NCBI RefSeq assembly: GCF_029504745.1
Contig: NZ_JAQFIQ010000045.1
Span: forward strand, 1 to 18,789
Source: Breznakia sp. PF5-3
GTDB lineage: Bacteria; Bacillota_I; Bacilli_A; Erysipelotrichales; Erysipelotrichaceae
DNA length: 18,789 bases
Direction: 5' to 3'
Made by a program: the position numbers and the translations under genes
In this document: positions 8,133 to 16,479 of the stretch, piece after piece
How positions within the stretch are numbered: the first letter of the stretch is position 1
Layout of the letters: every line of letters starts with the position of its first letter
The notes under the pieces: generated by a model
What the model was told of the DNA's origin: nothing
Database searches by the model: none
Seen by the model: the letters and a program-made list of their open reading frames with translations, nothing else

Positions 8133-9092
8133 CTATAGTAGTGGATCTACAGTTTCCTTAATAACCTTTTCTAAATTATCATAAGATGCTTCAAATTTAC
8201 ATCTATCTACTTCATTTAATGGTAACACTAGTATATCGCGTATCCCATCACGATTTACAACCGCAGGAACCCCAATATACAAGCCTTGCTTTCCATATTC
8301 ACCATTTTGATGAGCTGATACAGATAGAATAAGATCTTCGTTATTCAATACCGCTGCAACCAATCGATTCAAAGACAACCCTATACCATAATATGTTGCC
8401 TTTTTCTTCTCGATGATTTCATATGCTGCATTACGCACTTCTTCATAAATTTCAAGTAAATCATCAAGCCCTTTATCTTGTTCATCTAAAAGTGCTAATA
8501 AACTCTTTGATCCTATATATGCATTTGTCCAAGAAACAAAGCTTGAATCACCATGTTCTCCCATGATATAAGCATGCACATTATTTGGGTTCACATCTAA
8601 GTAATTTCCAATCATATAGCGTAGCCTTGCTGTATCAAGTAAAGTTCCTGAACCAAACACTTGACTAGTTGGTAAACCTGTTACTTGCTGTACTACATAC
8701 GTCATAATATCCACTGGATTACTAGCCACTATAATTACACCATTAAATCCACTTGCCTTGATATTCTCACAAATCTCTTTAATAATCTTTGTATTTATTG
8801 CTGTTAGTTCTAATCTTGTTTGTCCAGGCTTTTGTGCTGCTCCTGCCGTAATCACAATGATACTTGCATCCGCACATTCCTCATAGCCTCCTGATTTAAT
8901 AATCATTTTACTGTTTGCAGCGTATGGTAAACCATGTGATAAATCCATCGCTTCACCTTCTGCTTTCTCTTTATTGACATCAATCAAGACTAACTCATCA
9001 ATCCCTCTTTGTGTCAATAAACTATATGCCATACTCATCCCTACAAAACCAGTACCTACTAATACGATTTTTCTATTTCCTATTGTGTTCAT
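8133..9092 (-). CDS. ldh: L-lactate dehydrogenase
   Basis: 319 aa. Rossmann motif KIVLVGTGFVGMS; substrate loop ITAGAAQKPGQTRLEL with Gln (LDH) rather than Arg (MDH); catalytic GEHGDS. GGAGG lies 7 nt before the ATG at 9092. Confidence 0.93.
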   Translation of the reverse strand: MNTIGNRKIVLVGTGFVGMSMAYSLLTQRGIDELVLIDVNKEKAEGEAMDLSHGLPYAANSKMIIKSGGYEECADASIIVITAGAAQKPGQTRLELTAINTKIIKEICENIKASGFNGVIIVASNPVDIMTYVVQQVTGLPTSQVFGSGTLLDTARLRYMIGNYLDVNPNNVHAYIMGEHGDSSFVSWTNAYIGSKSLLALLDEQDKGLDDLLEIYEEVRNAAYEIIEKKKATYYGIGLSLNRLVAAVLNNEDLILSVSAHQNGEYGKQGLYIGVPAVVNRDGIRDILVLPLNEVDRCKFEASYDNLEKVIKETVDPLL

Positions 9093-9116
9093 AATTAATC
9101 CTCCGTTACAACCATA

Positions 9117-9143
9117 TTGTACAACTTTTTTTTGTGTTATACT
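9117..9143 (+). promoter_or_regulatory. Candidate sigma-A promoter for the HAD-GNAT pair
   Basis: TTGTAC (9117-9122), a 15-nt spacer, then TGT-TATACT (extended -10; hexamer 9138-9143), about 25 nt upstream of the ATG at 9169. The spacer is short, so this is weak. Confidence 0.3.
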
Positions 9144-9168
9144 AACTATATGATTAAGGAGATTAGAT

Positions 9169-9984
9169 ATGTATAAGTTATTAGCAATGGATTTAGATGA
9201 AACCCTATTTAATGATCAACATCAAATAGATGAAGGTAATAAAAAGGCAATTGCCAAAGCAAGAGAAAAGGGTGTAAAGATTGTTCCTTGCAGTGGTAGA
9301 GGACCAGGATTTTTAGGAACCCTCTACGATGATTTAGATATTAATCAAGAACAGGAATACAGTATTCTGTGTAATGGTGCAATTGTAATAGAAAATAAAA
9401 CTAATAAAATTATTAGTTGTTCACCATTAACCTATGAAAAAGCAAAAGAACTATATAAGTTTGGAAGAAGCAAAAACTTATGTGTTCAAATTTTCACACC
9501 TGAAAATGTTCATGTTTTTCATCCTGATGAAAAAGAAAAAGAACGGATAATGAATTTTGGTAATAATATTGTTTTTCATGATGATGACAATATTGAAATA
9601 TTTAAAGATGAAACAATCATAAAACTATTATTTGAAAAAGAAGATTCTATGGACTTTCTTCGCTCCCTAGAACCTGAGCTAATACCAATTACTGATAATT
9701 TCATTACCGTCTCCTTTTCAAGTAATCGATATTTGGAGTTAAATGCACTTGGTATCCATAAGGGGATTGGTCTCTTAAATCTTGCTAACTATTTAAATAT
9801 TGATATCTCTGAAACTATTGGGGTTGGTGATAATTATAATGATGTAGGATTAATTGAAGATGCTGGATTAGGAGTTGCTGTACAAAATGCAATTGAGCCT
9901 ATCAAAAACATTGCAGATGTGATTACCAAAACCACAAATAACGAAAGTGCAATTGCGGAAGTGATTGATACTTATATCTTATAA
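9169..9984 (+). CDS. Cof-type HAD-IIB family sugar-phosphate phosphatase
   Basis: 271 aa. Motif I is LAMDLDETL (DxD); motif IV is GVGDNYNDVGLIEDAGLGVAVQNA. GGAG lies 7 nt before the ATG. Confidence 0.88.
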   Translation: MYKLLAMDLDETLFNDQHQIDEGNKKAIAKAREKGVKIVPCSGRGPGFLGTLYDDLDINQEQEYSILCNGAIVIENKTNKIISCSPLTYEKAKELYKFGRSKNLCVQIFTPENVHVFHPDEKEKERIMNFGNNIVFHDDDNIEIFKDETIIKLLFEKEDSMDFLRSLEPELIPITDNFITVSFSSNRYLELNALGIHKGIGLLNLANYLNIDISETIGVGDNYNDVGLIEDAGLGVAVQNAIEPIKNIADVITKTTNNESAIAEVIDTYIL

Positions 9985-9999
9985 AGAAGGAGAATATGA

Positions 10000-10596
10000 A
10001 TGTTAAATAAAGATCTTCCATACTGTGATATCATTATGAAAGCAGATGCTAAAGTTGCTACTAACCATAAGATTCTAACTTTACCAGAAGGATATTCATA
10101 TAAAATGTATGAAGATGGAGATGAAGAGCACTGGATCGAAATAGAATATAGTGTACATGAATTTGAGTCTAAAGAAAAAGCAAGGGATTACTTTAATCGT
10201 GTTTTTATGCCATATAAAGATACGCTTCCAAAACGAATGTGTTTTATTCTAGATGAAAATAAAAATTATGTAGCTACATCAAGCGCTTGGTTTAAAAATA
10301 GCAAAGAACGTTATTATGCTGTCTTACACTGGGTATCCACTTCGCCATCTGCTCAAGGGAAAGGACTTGGAAGAGCTATTGTTACATATGCTCTATCAAA
10401 GTTTAAGGAAACCGATCCTGAAGAAAAAGAAATATTTTTACACACCCAAACATGGAGTTACAAAGCGGTTGGTCTATATGGTAAACTAGGATTTAAAATC
10501 ACAGAACTACCTTTGCTTGATTCTGCTACCGACCCTAAAGCTTATGAGGTATTAAAAAAGGTTATGCATCCAAAACATTATGAATTAATTATTTAA
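10000..10596 (+). CDS. GNAT family N-acetyltransferase
   Basis: 198 aa. The acetyl-CoA motif A is QGKGLGRAIVTYAL, with a C-terminal YGKLGFKI. GGAG lies 7 nt before the ATG. The gene starts 15 nt after the HAD stop, so it is probably co-transcribed. Confidence 0.8.
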   Translation: MLNKDLPYCDIIMKADAKVATNHKILTLPEGYSYKMYEDGDEEHWIEIEYSVHEFESKEKARDYFNRVFMPYKDTLPKRMCFILDENKNYVATSSAWFKNSKERYYAVLHWVSTSPSAQGKGLGRAIVTYALSKFKETDPEEKEIFLHTQTWSYKAVGLYGKLGFKITELPLLDSATDPKAYEVLKKVMHPKHYELII

Positions 10597-10620
10597 AAGC
10601 ACTATGTGCTTTTCTTTTTA
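10595..10620 (+). terminator. Rho-independent terminator after the GNAT gene
   Basis: AAAAGCAC, loop TAT, GTGCTTTT, followed by CTTTTT. The stem is short, with only 4 G/C pairs. Confidence 0.55.
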
Positions 10621-10631
10621 TTGATAGCTTA

Positions 10632-10640
10632 TGCTATAAT
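10632..10640 (+). promoter_or_regulatory. Extended -10 promoter element upstream of murI
   Basis: TGCTATAAT is a perfect TGnTATAAT, 21 nt upstream of the ATG at 10662. No good -35 lies at 17 nt (TTCTTT). Confidence 0.5.
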
Positions 10641-10661
10641 TATTTTATTTGAGGTGATAAT

Positions 10662-11429
10662 ATGATTACAGAAACATCCCCAATTGGAATCTTTGATTCT
10701 GGACTTGGTGGTATCAGTGTTCTCAATGAATGCTTAAAACATTTACCTAATGAACATTATATATATTATGGAGATTCTAAAAATGCTCCTTATGGAATAA
10801 AAGACAAAGAAGCAATCATCCAACGATGTATTGAAATTTGTGATTTTTTTATTACGAAAAATGTAAAAGCAATTGTTGTTGCTTGTAATACTGCTACCAG
10901 TGCTGCGGTACAAACTTTACGTGAACGTTATCCTATTCCAATTATTGGTATGGAACCTGCACTAAAAGTTGCTGCCCACAATAAGCAAAACCAAACAATT
11001 ATCGTAATGGCTACACATCTAACCCTAAAAGAAGAAAAGTTTGCAAACTTAATGAAATGCTATGAAAGTGATCATCATATTATAAAATTACCTTGTCCCG
11101 AATTTGTAACAGCAATTGAAAGCGATTTTAAAGATCATCAAGCTGTTGTAAACCATCAATTGGATCAATATGCATCACATATCAAAACAAAGCAAATTGA
11201 TAGCATTGTTTTAGGTTGTACACATTTTGTTTTTCTAAAACAAGAGATTCAAAATTATTTCCAAAAGCCAATCCAAGTGATCGACGGAAATGAAGGAACC
11301 GCTAAACACTTAGCTCACATTCTCGAAGAAAAACAACTGCTATCAAAACAACCATTAAAAATCGATATTTACAATTCTGATAATTCTAAAATCGAATTGA
11401 GCAAACGTTTAATAACTCCAAACCTTTAA
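10662..11429 (+). CDS. murI: Glutamate racemase
   Basis: 255 aa. IGIFDSGLGGISVL, the catalytic Cys motifs VVACNTATS and VLGCTHFV. GAGGTG lies 5 nt before the ATG. Confidence 0.93.
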   Translation: MITETSPIGIFDSGLGGISVLNECLKHLPNEHYIYYGDSKNAPYGIKDKEAIIQRCIEICDFFITKNVKAIVVACNTATSAAVQTLRERYPIPIIGMEPALKVAAHNKQNQTIIVMATHLTLKEEKFANLMKCYESDHHIIKLPCPEFVTAIESDFKDHQAVVNHQLDQYASHIKTKQIDSIVLGCTHFVFLKQEIQNYFQKPIQVIDGNEGTAKHLAHILEEKQLLSKQPLKIDIYNSDNSKIELSKRLITPNL

Positions 11430-11455
11430 GGTATTGGAGTTATTTTTTTTATTTT
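11412..11455 (+). terminator. Rho-independent terminator of murI, embedded in the 3' end of the convergent CDS
   Basis: ATAACTCCAA (11412-11421) pairs with TTGGAGTTAT (11434-11443), followed by TTTTTTTATTTT. The stem spans the murI stop at 11427-11429. Confidence 0.7.
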
Positions 11456-11800
11456 ATCTGCAAACGAAATAATATCTCGTTCTTTTGTATACTCTAATAT
11501 TCCTTTATCGCCTACTTCAAGTACATTGTAAAAGAAACTATTCACAACAAATACTTTTTCTTCATCATCCATCAGAAAAACTACTTCATAACTATGGTAT
11601 GTACTATTCATTTTATTTGCAGGATTTGCCACCAAATATACTTCCTTACGCAACACTGTCGCCATAACTTGAAACTCTCCAGTTGTCTTTTTCTTTTTTG
11701 GTCGATATGTAAGAAATATCAAAATAATCATCCCACCTATAAAAACAAAGGCCATAATTTCAGTAATAGATGTAAGTATATCATACGTCTCTTTATCCAT
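11426..11800 (-). CDS. DUF2500 / YhhM-like small membrane protein
   Basis: The N-terminal TM helix is IMAFVFIGGMIILIFLTY. The C-terminal VGDKGILEYTKERDIISF parallels E. coli YhhM GDKGTLSYKGTRFVSF. I prefer the ATG at 11798-11800 (GAGG 8 nt upstream) over the TTG at 11827 used by the ORF track. Confidence 0.7.
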   Translation of the reverse strand: MDKETYDILTSITEIMAFVFIGGMIILIFLTYRPKKKKTTGEFQVMATVLRKEVYLVANPANKMNSTYHSYEVVFLMDDEEKVFVVNSFFYNVLEVGDKGILEYTKERDIISFADKIKKITPIP

Positions 11801-11849
11801 AGTTTTTTCCTCTCTTATACTTTTCAATTCCGATGATTACAATAAATCT

Positions 11850-11878
11850 ATTATTTCTTAATTTTGGATACTCGTCAA
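11850..11878 (-). promoter_or_regulatory. Candidate sigma-A promoter for the DUF2500 gene
   Basis: On the minus strand, TTGACG (complement of 11873-11878), a 17-nt spacer, then AATAAT (complement of 11850-11855). Confidence 0.4.
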
Positions 11879-11890
11879 GTTTATAATAAT

Positions 11891-11918
11891 TAAAAAGACA
11901 AGCACTAAGTACTTGTCT
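11891..11918 (-). terminator. Rho-independent terminator after the ABC operon
   Basis: On the minus strand, AGACAAGUAC, loop UUA, GUGCUUGUCU (10-bp stem with one mismatch), followed by UUUUUAAUUAUU. It starts 22 nt after the stop at 11940. Confidence 0.75.
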
Positions 11919-11939
11919 ATACTGTTTTAAACTGAAATT

Positions 11940-13073
11940 CTATATTACATTTTTACGAGTTTTTTTACTAATCAATATCGCTAGCACAAAAAACAAGATT
12001 CCAAAGCCTATTAGAATTGCCATATTTTGAAAAATAGGATCTACAAATTTAGCATCTAAAGATGTTAAGTTATAAATGCGATCATTACTATTCACAAACC
12101 AATAAGATGGAATAAACTTAGATACCATCAACACAGAATCACTCAACATCGATTGTGGTACAAAACAACCTCCAAGAAATGCTAATCCTAAACATAGAAT
12201 ATTTGAAATTCCATTGATTGCTTCAGCTTTTTTAATTGCACTTCCAATCAAATAAGATAACCCAAGGCAAGGGAATAAGAGAGCTACTAAATTTAGTATA
12301 TACAAATATGAACCCGTTGCTTTCATTCCATCACCAAAGAAAACATATGCAAAGATTACAGACACTACAAACAATACAACACCTAGTACTCCTGCCCCCA
12401 TACTCAATTGTACATTCATTTTCAAATTTGATATAGGAGACACTACATTTCTTCGCTTTATATCCACTTTATTAAGCGATACCATAACAGCACCAATACC
12501 CCAGATAAGTGAACAGAAGAATGAGTAACATAGGAAATTGAAATAGAAATGTATTGGTTCTGTTTTTTCACCTACTATGTTTTCAGAACTTACTTCCAAT
12601 GCAAGATCTTTATTCGCTTTCTTAACCGCTTCTTTTATTGAAACATCACCATGCGCATAATATCCACGAATGGTATTTGTAAAGGATTCTGCATAAGAAT
12701 CTACGATGTATGCACTTGCCGAATCCGGCACCTGCTTCTTTTCCAAAGCAATTTCTTTGTTTTGCTTGATTTGCCCTTCATATCCTTTAGGAATATACAT
12801 GACATACTCTATATCTTGATAAAACAGAGCATCCTCAATCATATCTTCATCAATATCTTTGACATTTGTATTCCCTGCCATATACTTAATCAACGCTTTC
12901 GAACTCTCACTTTGATCTTTATCAACAATAGCAATATCTGCCTTTTGAATTACAAATTGATCTCCATTGCTTTTCACAAAGATAATTGAAAAAGAAAAAG
13001 CTATAAATAACGTCATGAATACACTTACTTTATTTTTATTAATAATTTGGAAAAATAGTTTAAATACTTGCAT
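11940..13073 (-). CDS. ABC-2 type transporter permease (large extracytoplasmic loop after TM1)
   Basis: 377 aa. TM1 is VFMTLFIAFSFSIIFV, followed by a soluble loop of about 150 aa and then five C-terminal TM segments. GGAG lies 8 nt before the ATG. The gene overlaps the upstream gene by 14 nt. Confidence 0.85.
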   Translation of the reverse strand: MQVFKLFFQIINKNKVSVFMTLFIAFSFSIIFVKSNGDQFVIQKADIAIVDKDQSESSKALIKYMAGNTNVKDIDEDMIEDALFYQDIEYVMYIPKGYEGQIKQNKEIALEKKQVPDSASAYIVDSYAESFTNTIRGYYAHGDVSIKEAVKKANKDLALEVSSENIVGEKTEPIHFYFNFLCYSFFCSLIWGIGAVMVSLNKVDIKRRNVVSPISNLKMNVQLSMGAGVLGVVLFVVSVIFAYVFFGDGMKATGSYLYILNLVALLFPCLGLSYLIGSAIKKAEAINGISNILCLGLAFLGGCFVPQSMLSDSVLMVSKFIPSYWFVNSNDRIYNLTSLDAKFVDPIFQNMAILIGFGILFFVLAILISKKTRKNVI

Positions 13074-14187
13074 AAGCTTTTCTCCTTAATACATTATATG
13101 AAATAATTAGGGCAATAATTCCCATTCCCACTAGAATTGCCATGTTGATATATACCGGAGAAATATCTTCGTAATAATACAACATATTAAAACTGTTGGT
13201 AATCAACGTTGCAGGATTGATATATTTAATAAACGGAACACTTTGATTTAAAATATATGGCATATTACTAGCCATCATACCTGCCAAGAAACAACTAAAT
13301 AAACTTCCCATGCTTATGATGGTGATATTTGTATTTTCTTTTAACTTTGAAATACATCCTATCATAATTCCCATTCCTAAACTCATCAATACTCCACATA
13401 AACTTACCCCAATTACTTGTGGAAAGTAAGATCCAAAATCAACGCCTAAAACTAAAATCAAATAAGCAAAAGTAATTGCTAATTCCACTACCATTAAAGT
13501 AAAGGTTACTAAATAATCAATAAACACTAACTTCATTTTATGCGTTGGTGCAATGTTTAAACGAATTGCCCGATCACTTTGATTCGCTTGTGTATCACTG
13601 ATACTTTTTAACCCCCAGAAACCTCCATACATACAAGTCATAGCAATAATGGTATAAAAGTATTGCATCGTTGGATCAGAAGACCCTGCATTTGATCCAT
13701 AATCCTTTACAAGCACCTTATTTTCAATAAGATCCGTGATTACCATATCATTCATTTTTTGAGGATTCTCATTTGCAATTGTATTCACTGTAGCATTGAT
13801 TCGCAAATACGATTGTACTACTTCTTTTAAAATTTGTGTTTCCAAAGTATCATTACGATACAGTACGGTTGGTTTATCGCTACTCACTAAAGCCGCTTCA
13901 ACTTCACCATCTTTAACTAGTTTCTTAGCCTTTTTTTCACTTGTATAAGTTGCATCTAAGATTTGATTATCCCCTTCTTTACTCAATTCCTCAACGACTG
14001 CATTAAAATCTTTATTCCCATTATCTACAACCGCTACCTTAATAACATCTAAGTTGCTTTCACTACCTAAATTTGAAAAAGCAAAAAAGAATAATGTTGC
14101 TAAACCAATAGGAAACAACAATGACCAAAATAAAATGGTTTTATCTTTTATAAAACAAATAAATCGATATTTAAATATATGAAACAT
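13060..14187 (-). CDS. ABC-2 type transporter permease, paralog of the downstream permease
   Basis: Same topology as 11940-13073. The start is ambiguous. The GTG at 14194-14196 directly abuts the ATPase stop. The ATG at 14185-14187 has AGGTG 6 nt upstream and is preferred. Confidence 0.85.
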   Translation of the reverse strand: MFHIFKYRFICFIKDKTILFWSLLFPIGLATLFFFAFSNLGSESNLDVIKVAVVDNGNKDFNAVVEELSKEGDNQILDATYTSEKKAKKLVKDGEVEAALVSSDKPTVLYRNDTLETQILKEVVQSYLRINATVNTIANENPQKMNDMVITDLIENKVLVKDYGSNAGSSDPTMQYFYTIIAMTCMYGGFWGLKSISDTQANQSDRAIRLNIAPTHKMKLVFIDYLVTFTLMVVELAITFAYLILVLGVDFGSYFPQVIGVSLCGVLMSLGMGIMIGCISKLKENTNITIISMGSLFSCFLAGMMASNMPYILNQSVPFIKYINPATLITNSFNMLYYYEDISPVYINMAILVGMGIIALIISYNVLRRKAYASI

Positions 14188-14196
14188 AAGCGACAC

Positions 14197-15129
14197 CTAA
14201 TCCCTTAATTCTTTTCCTGTGATTTCCAAGAAAACATCATTTAATGTTGGCGTTTCACTATATACTTTATTAAAGTCTATCTTATTTTCTTTAAAATAAG
14301 ATAACAACTCCAATAGTAATCCATTATTCTTCGTAACTTCAATTTCTAATAATTGATTTTTAAAACTTGCATCATTTACATCTTTATGGCCTTTTATATA
14401 AACTAAAACATCATCTTCTAAAGCATCCATTTCAAACTTAATTTTTTCTTTCACTTGAATTGAATTCTTTAATACCTCTTTTGTTCCACTAGCGATTTCT
14501 TTTCCACTATCCATAATAATAATGCGATCACAAAGTTGTTCGACTTCTTCCATGTAATGTGTCGTATACACAATCGTTGCTCCCTTTTTATTCAACTCTT
14601 GAATATTCTCCAAGATATGATTTCTTGATTGTGGATCTACTGCCACAGTAGGCTCATCTAAGATAATCAATTTTGGTTTATGAGCAATTCCACAAGCAAT
14701 ATTTAATCTTCTCAGTAAACCTCCACTTAATTCTTTAGGATATTTTTTCTTATAATCATTTAACCCTACAAATGTTAATGCTTCCTCAACATATTGTTGA
14801 CACTGTTTACGATCACTTATGTATAATCCACAAAAATAATCTACATTTTGAAATACTGTAAGTTCTTCAAAAACAGCTACATTCTGCATTACAACACCAA
14901 TATCCTTTTTTATATCATATGAACTTGCTGTCATATCTTTTCCAAAAATTTTAATAGTTCCTTCTTCATGTGTTAACAATGCTAACAAACAATTTATTGT
15001 CGTTGTTTTACCACTTCCATTAGGCCCTAACAAACCTAAAATTTCCCCATCCTTTACTTCTAAATTAAAGTGATCTAATGCTTTAAAATCACCATAATAT
15101 TTTACTAAGTCCTTAATTTCTACTATCAT
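14197..15129 (-). CDS. ABC transporter ATP-binding protein
   Basis: 310 aa. Walker A GPNGSGKTT, signature LSGGLLRRL, Walker B LIILDEPT, H-loop TTHYMEE, plus a C-terminal accessory domain of about 90 aa. Confidence 0.93.
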   Translation of the reverse strand: MIVEIKDLVKYYGDFKALDHFNLEVKDGEILGLLGPNGSGKTTTINCLLALLTHEEGTIKIFGKDMTASSYDIKKDIGVVMQNVAVFEELTVFQNVDYFCGLYISDRKQCQQYVEEALTFVGLNDYKKKYPKELSGGLLRRLNIACGIAHKPKLIILDEPTVAVDPQSRNHILENIQELNKKGATIVYTTHYMEEVEQLCDRIIIMDSGKEIASGTKEVLKNSIQVKEKIKFEMDALEDDVLVYIKGHKDVNDASFKNQLLEIEVTKNNGLLLELLSYFKENKIDFNKVYSETPTLNDVFLEITGKELRD

Positions 15130-15131
15130 AA

Positions 15132-16061
15132 CTACCTATCCTTTCTCGTTACCTCTACAATTCCACAAAGAATTCCTGCTAATGGAAATATAATCCATCC
15201 TGGATGCCACCAGTGAAGTAAAAATCCTAATACTAAATAAATGGCTGTTGCAGAAAGCATAATAACTCCGTGAATTGCCCCATCTTCTTTCTCTCTTGTT
15301 GTCCCATTACTTCCTACTCTTTTCTTCTCATCAATAAAAACTTCATATGCTTCCGTACTACTACTAGATGTAATAAACATTGCTACAGCAACACTAATAA
15401 TAAAGAAGAAAACAAACCCTGCAATTCCATCTGTTAATATAAATTCAACAAGTGGATAAATTGCAACTGATATAATACACAACAGAACCCCTAAAGCAAT
15501 TGGCAATGCTTGCTTCTTTTTCGCATCCAAATACCGTTTTTGTAGTTCTACCTTTTTACTACTATCAATTACTGCATCTTTGACCATCGCGTCATAATAC
15601 TCAGCACGCATGCCGAAGATAATGAAGATAATTACCGCAACAGCAATCAATCCAAAGAAAACAATTCCTGTAATAATATTTCCAAATTTTCCTGAGATAA
15701 AATCTTGGAGCATTGATGATATTCCAACGGCATTGATACAAAGCATAACACCAATCGCTATCATTATCATAAATGTCCTTTTCCATTGGACATATTTCTC
15801 AATTTCTTCATCACTTAAATAATTGATTTCTTCTTGGTTTTCTTTATTTGGATCAATATCCAATTCTTTCAATATTTCATCCATATCACCAAATTCATTA
15901 ATCACACGTTTGCTAGCTTCTGCTTCATTGATACCTTCATCAATGAGTTCTTGAAATTTTTCTTCCATATGATCTTGAATATTTAATTTCATTTCCACAA
16001 CTTCTTTTGTCTTTGGTAAGTCCTTAAACATCTGATCAATATACGCTCTAATTGTTTCCAT
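15132..16061 (-). CDS. Polytopic membrane protein with an N-terminal helical prefix domain (DUF1700-like PadR partner)
   Basis: 309 aa. The soluble N-terminus METIRAYIDQMFKDLPKTKEVVEMKLNIQDHMEEKFQELIDEGINEAEASKRVINEFGD is typical of proteins encoded directly after PadR genes. At least 6 hydrophobic segments follow. GGAG lies 8 nt before the ATG, and the gene overlaps padR by 14 nt. Confidence 0.75.
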   Translation of the reverse strand: METIRAYIDQMFKDLPKTKEVVEMKLNIQDHMEEKFQELIDEGINEAEASKRVINEFGDMDEILKELDIDPNKENQEEINYLSDEEIEKYVQWKRTFMIMIAIGVMLCINAVGISSMLQDFISGKFGNIITGIVFFGLIAVAVIIFIIFGMRAEYYDAMVKDAVIDSSKKVELQKRYLDAKKKQALPIALGVLLCIISVAIYPLVEFILTDGIAGFVFFFIISVAVAMFITSSSSTEAYEVFIDEKKRVGSNGTTREKEDGAIHGVIMLSATAIYLVLGFLLHWWHPGWIIFPLAGILCGIVEVTRKDR

Positions 16062-16389
16062 CCGCTAATCTCCTTATAAATCTGTTAATTACATCTTTTG
16101 TGACTTCCCACTCTTCACATTTTTCTTTATAATATGTTATTCCCTGATTAGTTATTTTATAATATGTTCTTCTTTTTCCAAATGTCTCATTTCCATGATA
16201 AGAAACAATATACCCTTTTTTCTCCAACCTATTAAATGCCGAATAAAGGGTTGTCTCCTTGATAATATATTTCTTTTCTGAAATATCTTCTATTTCTTTT
16301 GAAATTTCATATCCATAACTATCTTTATCTAAAATAATCGATAAAATAATGAGATCATTGTATCCACGAATTACATCACTACTGATCAT
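16048..16389 (-). CDS. PadR family transcriptional regulator (short, PadR-2 type)
   Basis: 113 aa. The winged-helix motifs are YGYEISKEI and LYSAFNRLEKKGYIVSY. The ATG at 16387-16389 has GAGG 7 nt upstream; the ORF track used the GTG one codon earlier (16392). Confidence 0.88.
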   Translation of the reverse strand: MISSDVIRGYNDLIILSIILDKDSYGYEISKEIEDISEKKYIIKETTLYSAFNRLEKKGYIVSYHGNETFGKRRTYYKITNQGITYYKEKCEEWEVTKDVINRFIRRLADGNN

Positions 16390-16420
16390 CACATTACCTC
16401 TCTTTTCTCACCACTTGTTT

Positions 16421-16475
16421 TTACTACGACTGGTGTAGTAATAATATATCACAATTACTACGACAGGTAAAGTAA
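16421..16475 (-). promoter_or_regulatory. Two copies of a 21-bp operator-like motif bracketing a candidate promoter of the PadR-ABC operon
   Basis: Copy A (16421-16441) is TTACTAC-GACTGGT-GTAGTAA, a perfect 7-7-7 inverted repeat. Copy B (16455-16475) is TTACTAC-GACAGGT-AAAGTAA. Between them on the minus strand are TGATATATT (extended -10) and TTTACC, with a 17-nt spacer separating the TTTACC and TATATT hexamers. Confidence 0.55.
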
Positions 16476-16479
16476 AATT

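Noticed and set aside
9093-9168. A specific sigma-A promoter for ldh in the divergent intergenic region
   Set aside because: A TACAAT -10 candidate exists (complement of 9116-9121), but the best -35 at 17-18 nt matches only 2-3 of 6 positions, so it is not reported as a feature.
10621-10640. TTGATA ... TATAAT as a -35/-10 pair upstream of murI
   Set aside because: The spacer is only 8 nt, so the two hexamers cannot act together. I kept only the TGnTATAAT extended -10.
11485-11836. Plus-strand ORFs 11485-11667 and 11594-11836, antisense to the DUF2500 gene
   Set aside because: They have no RBS and implausible compositions, and they overlap a CDS with a recognisable YhhM-like C-terminal motif.
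12236-12989. Plus-strand ORFs 12236-12436 and 12651-12989, antisense to the ABC-2 permease
   Set aside because: These are shadow ORFs inside a well-supported permease gene, with no start signals.
15601-15822. ORFs 15601-15786 (minus, alternative frame) and 15610-15822 (plus) inside the prefix-domain membrane protein gene
   Set aside because: They are nested in a longer ORF that has an RBS, translational coupling and coherent TM topology.
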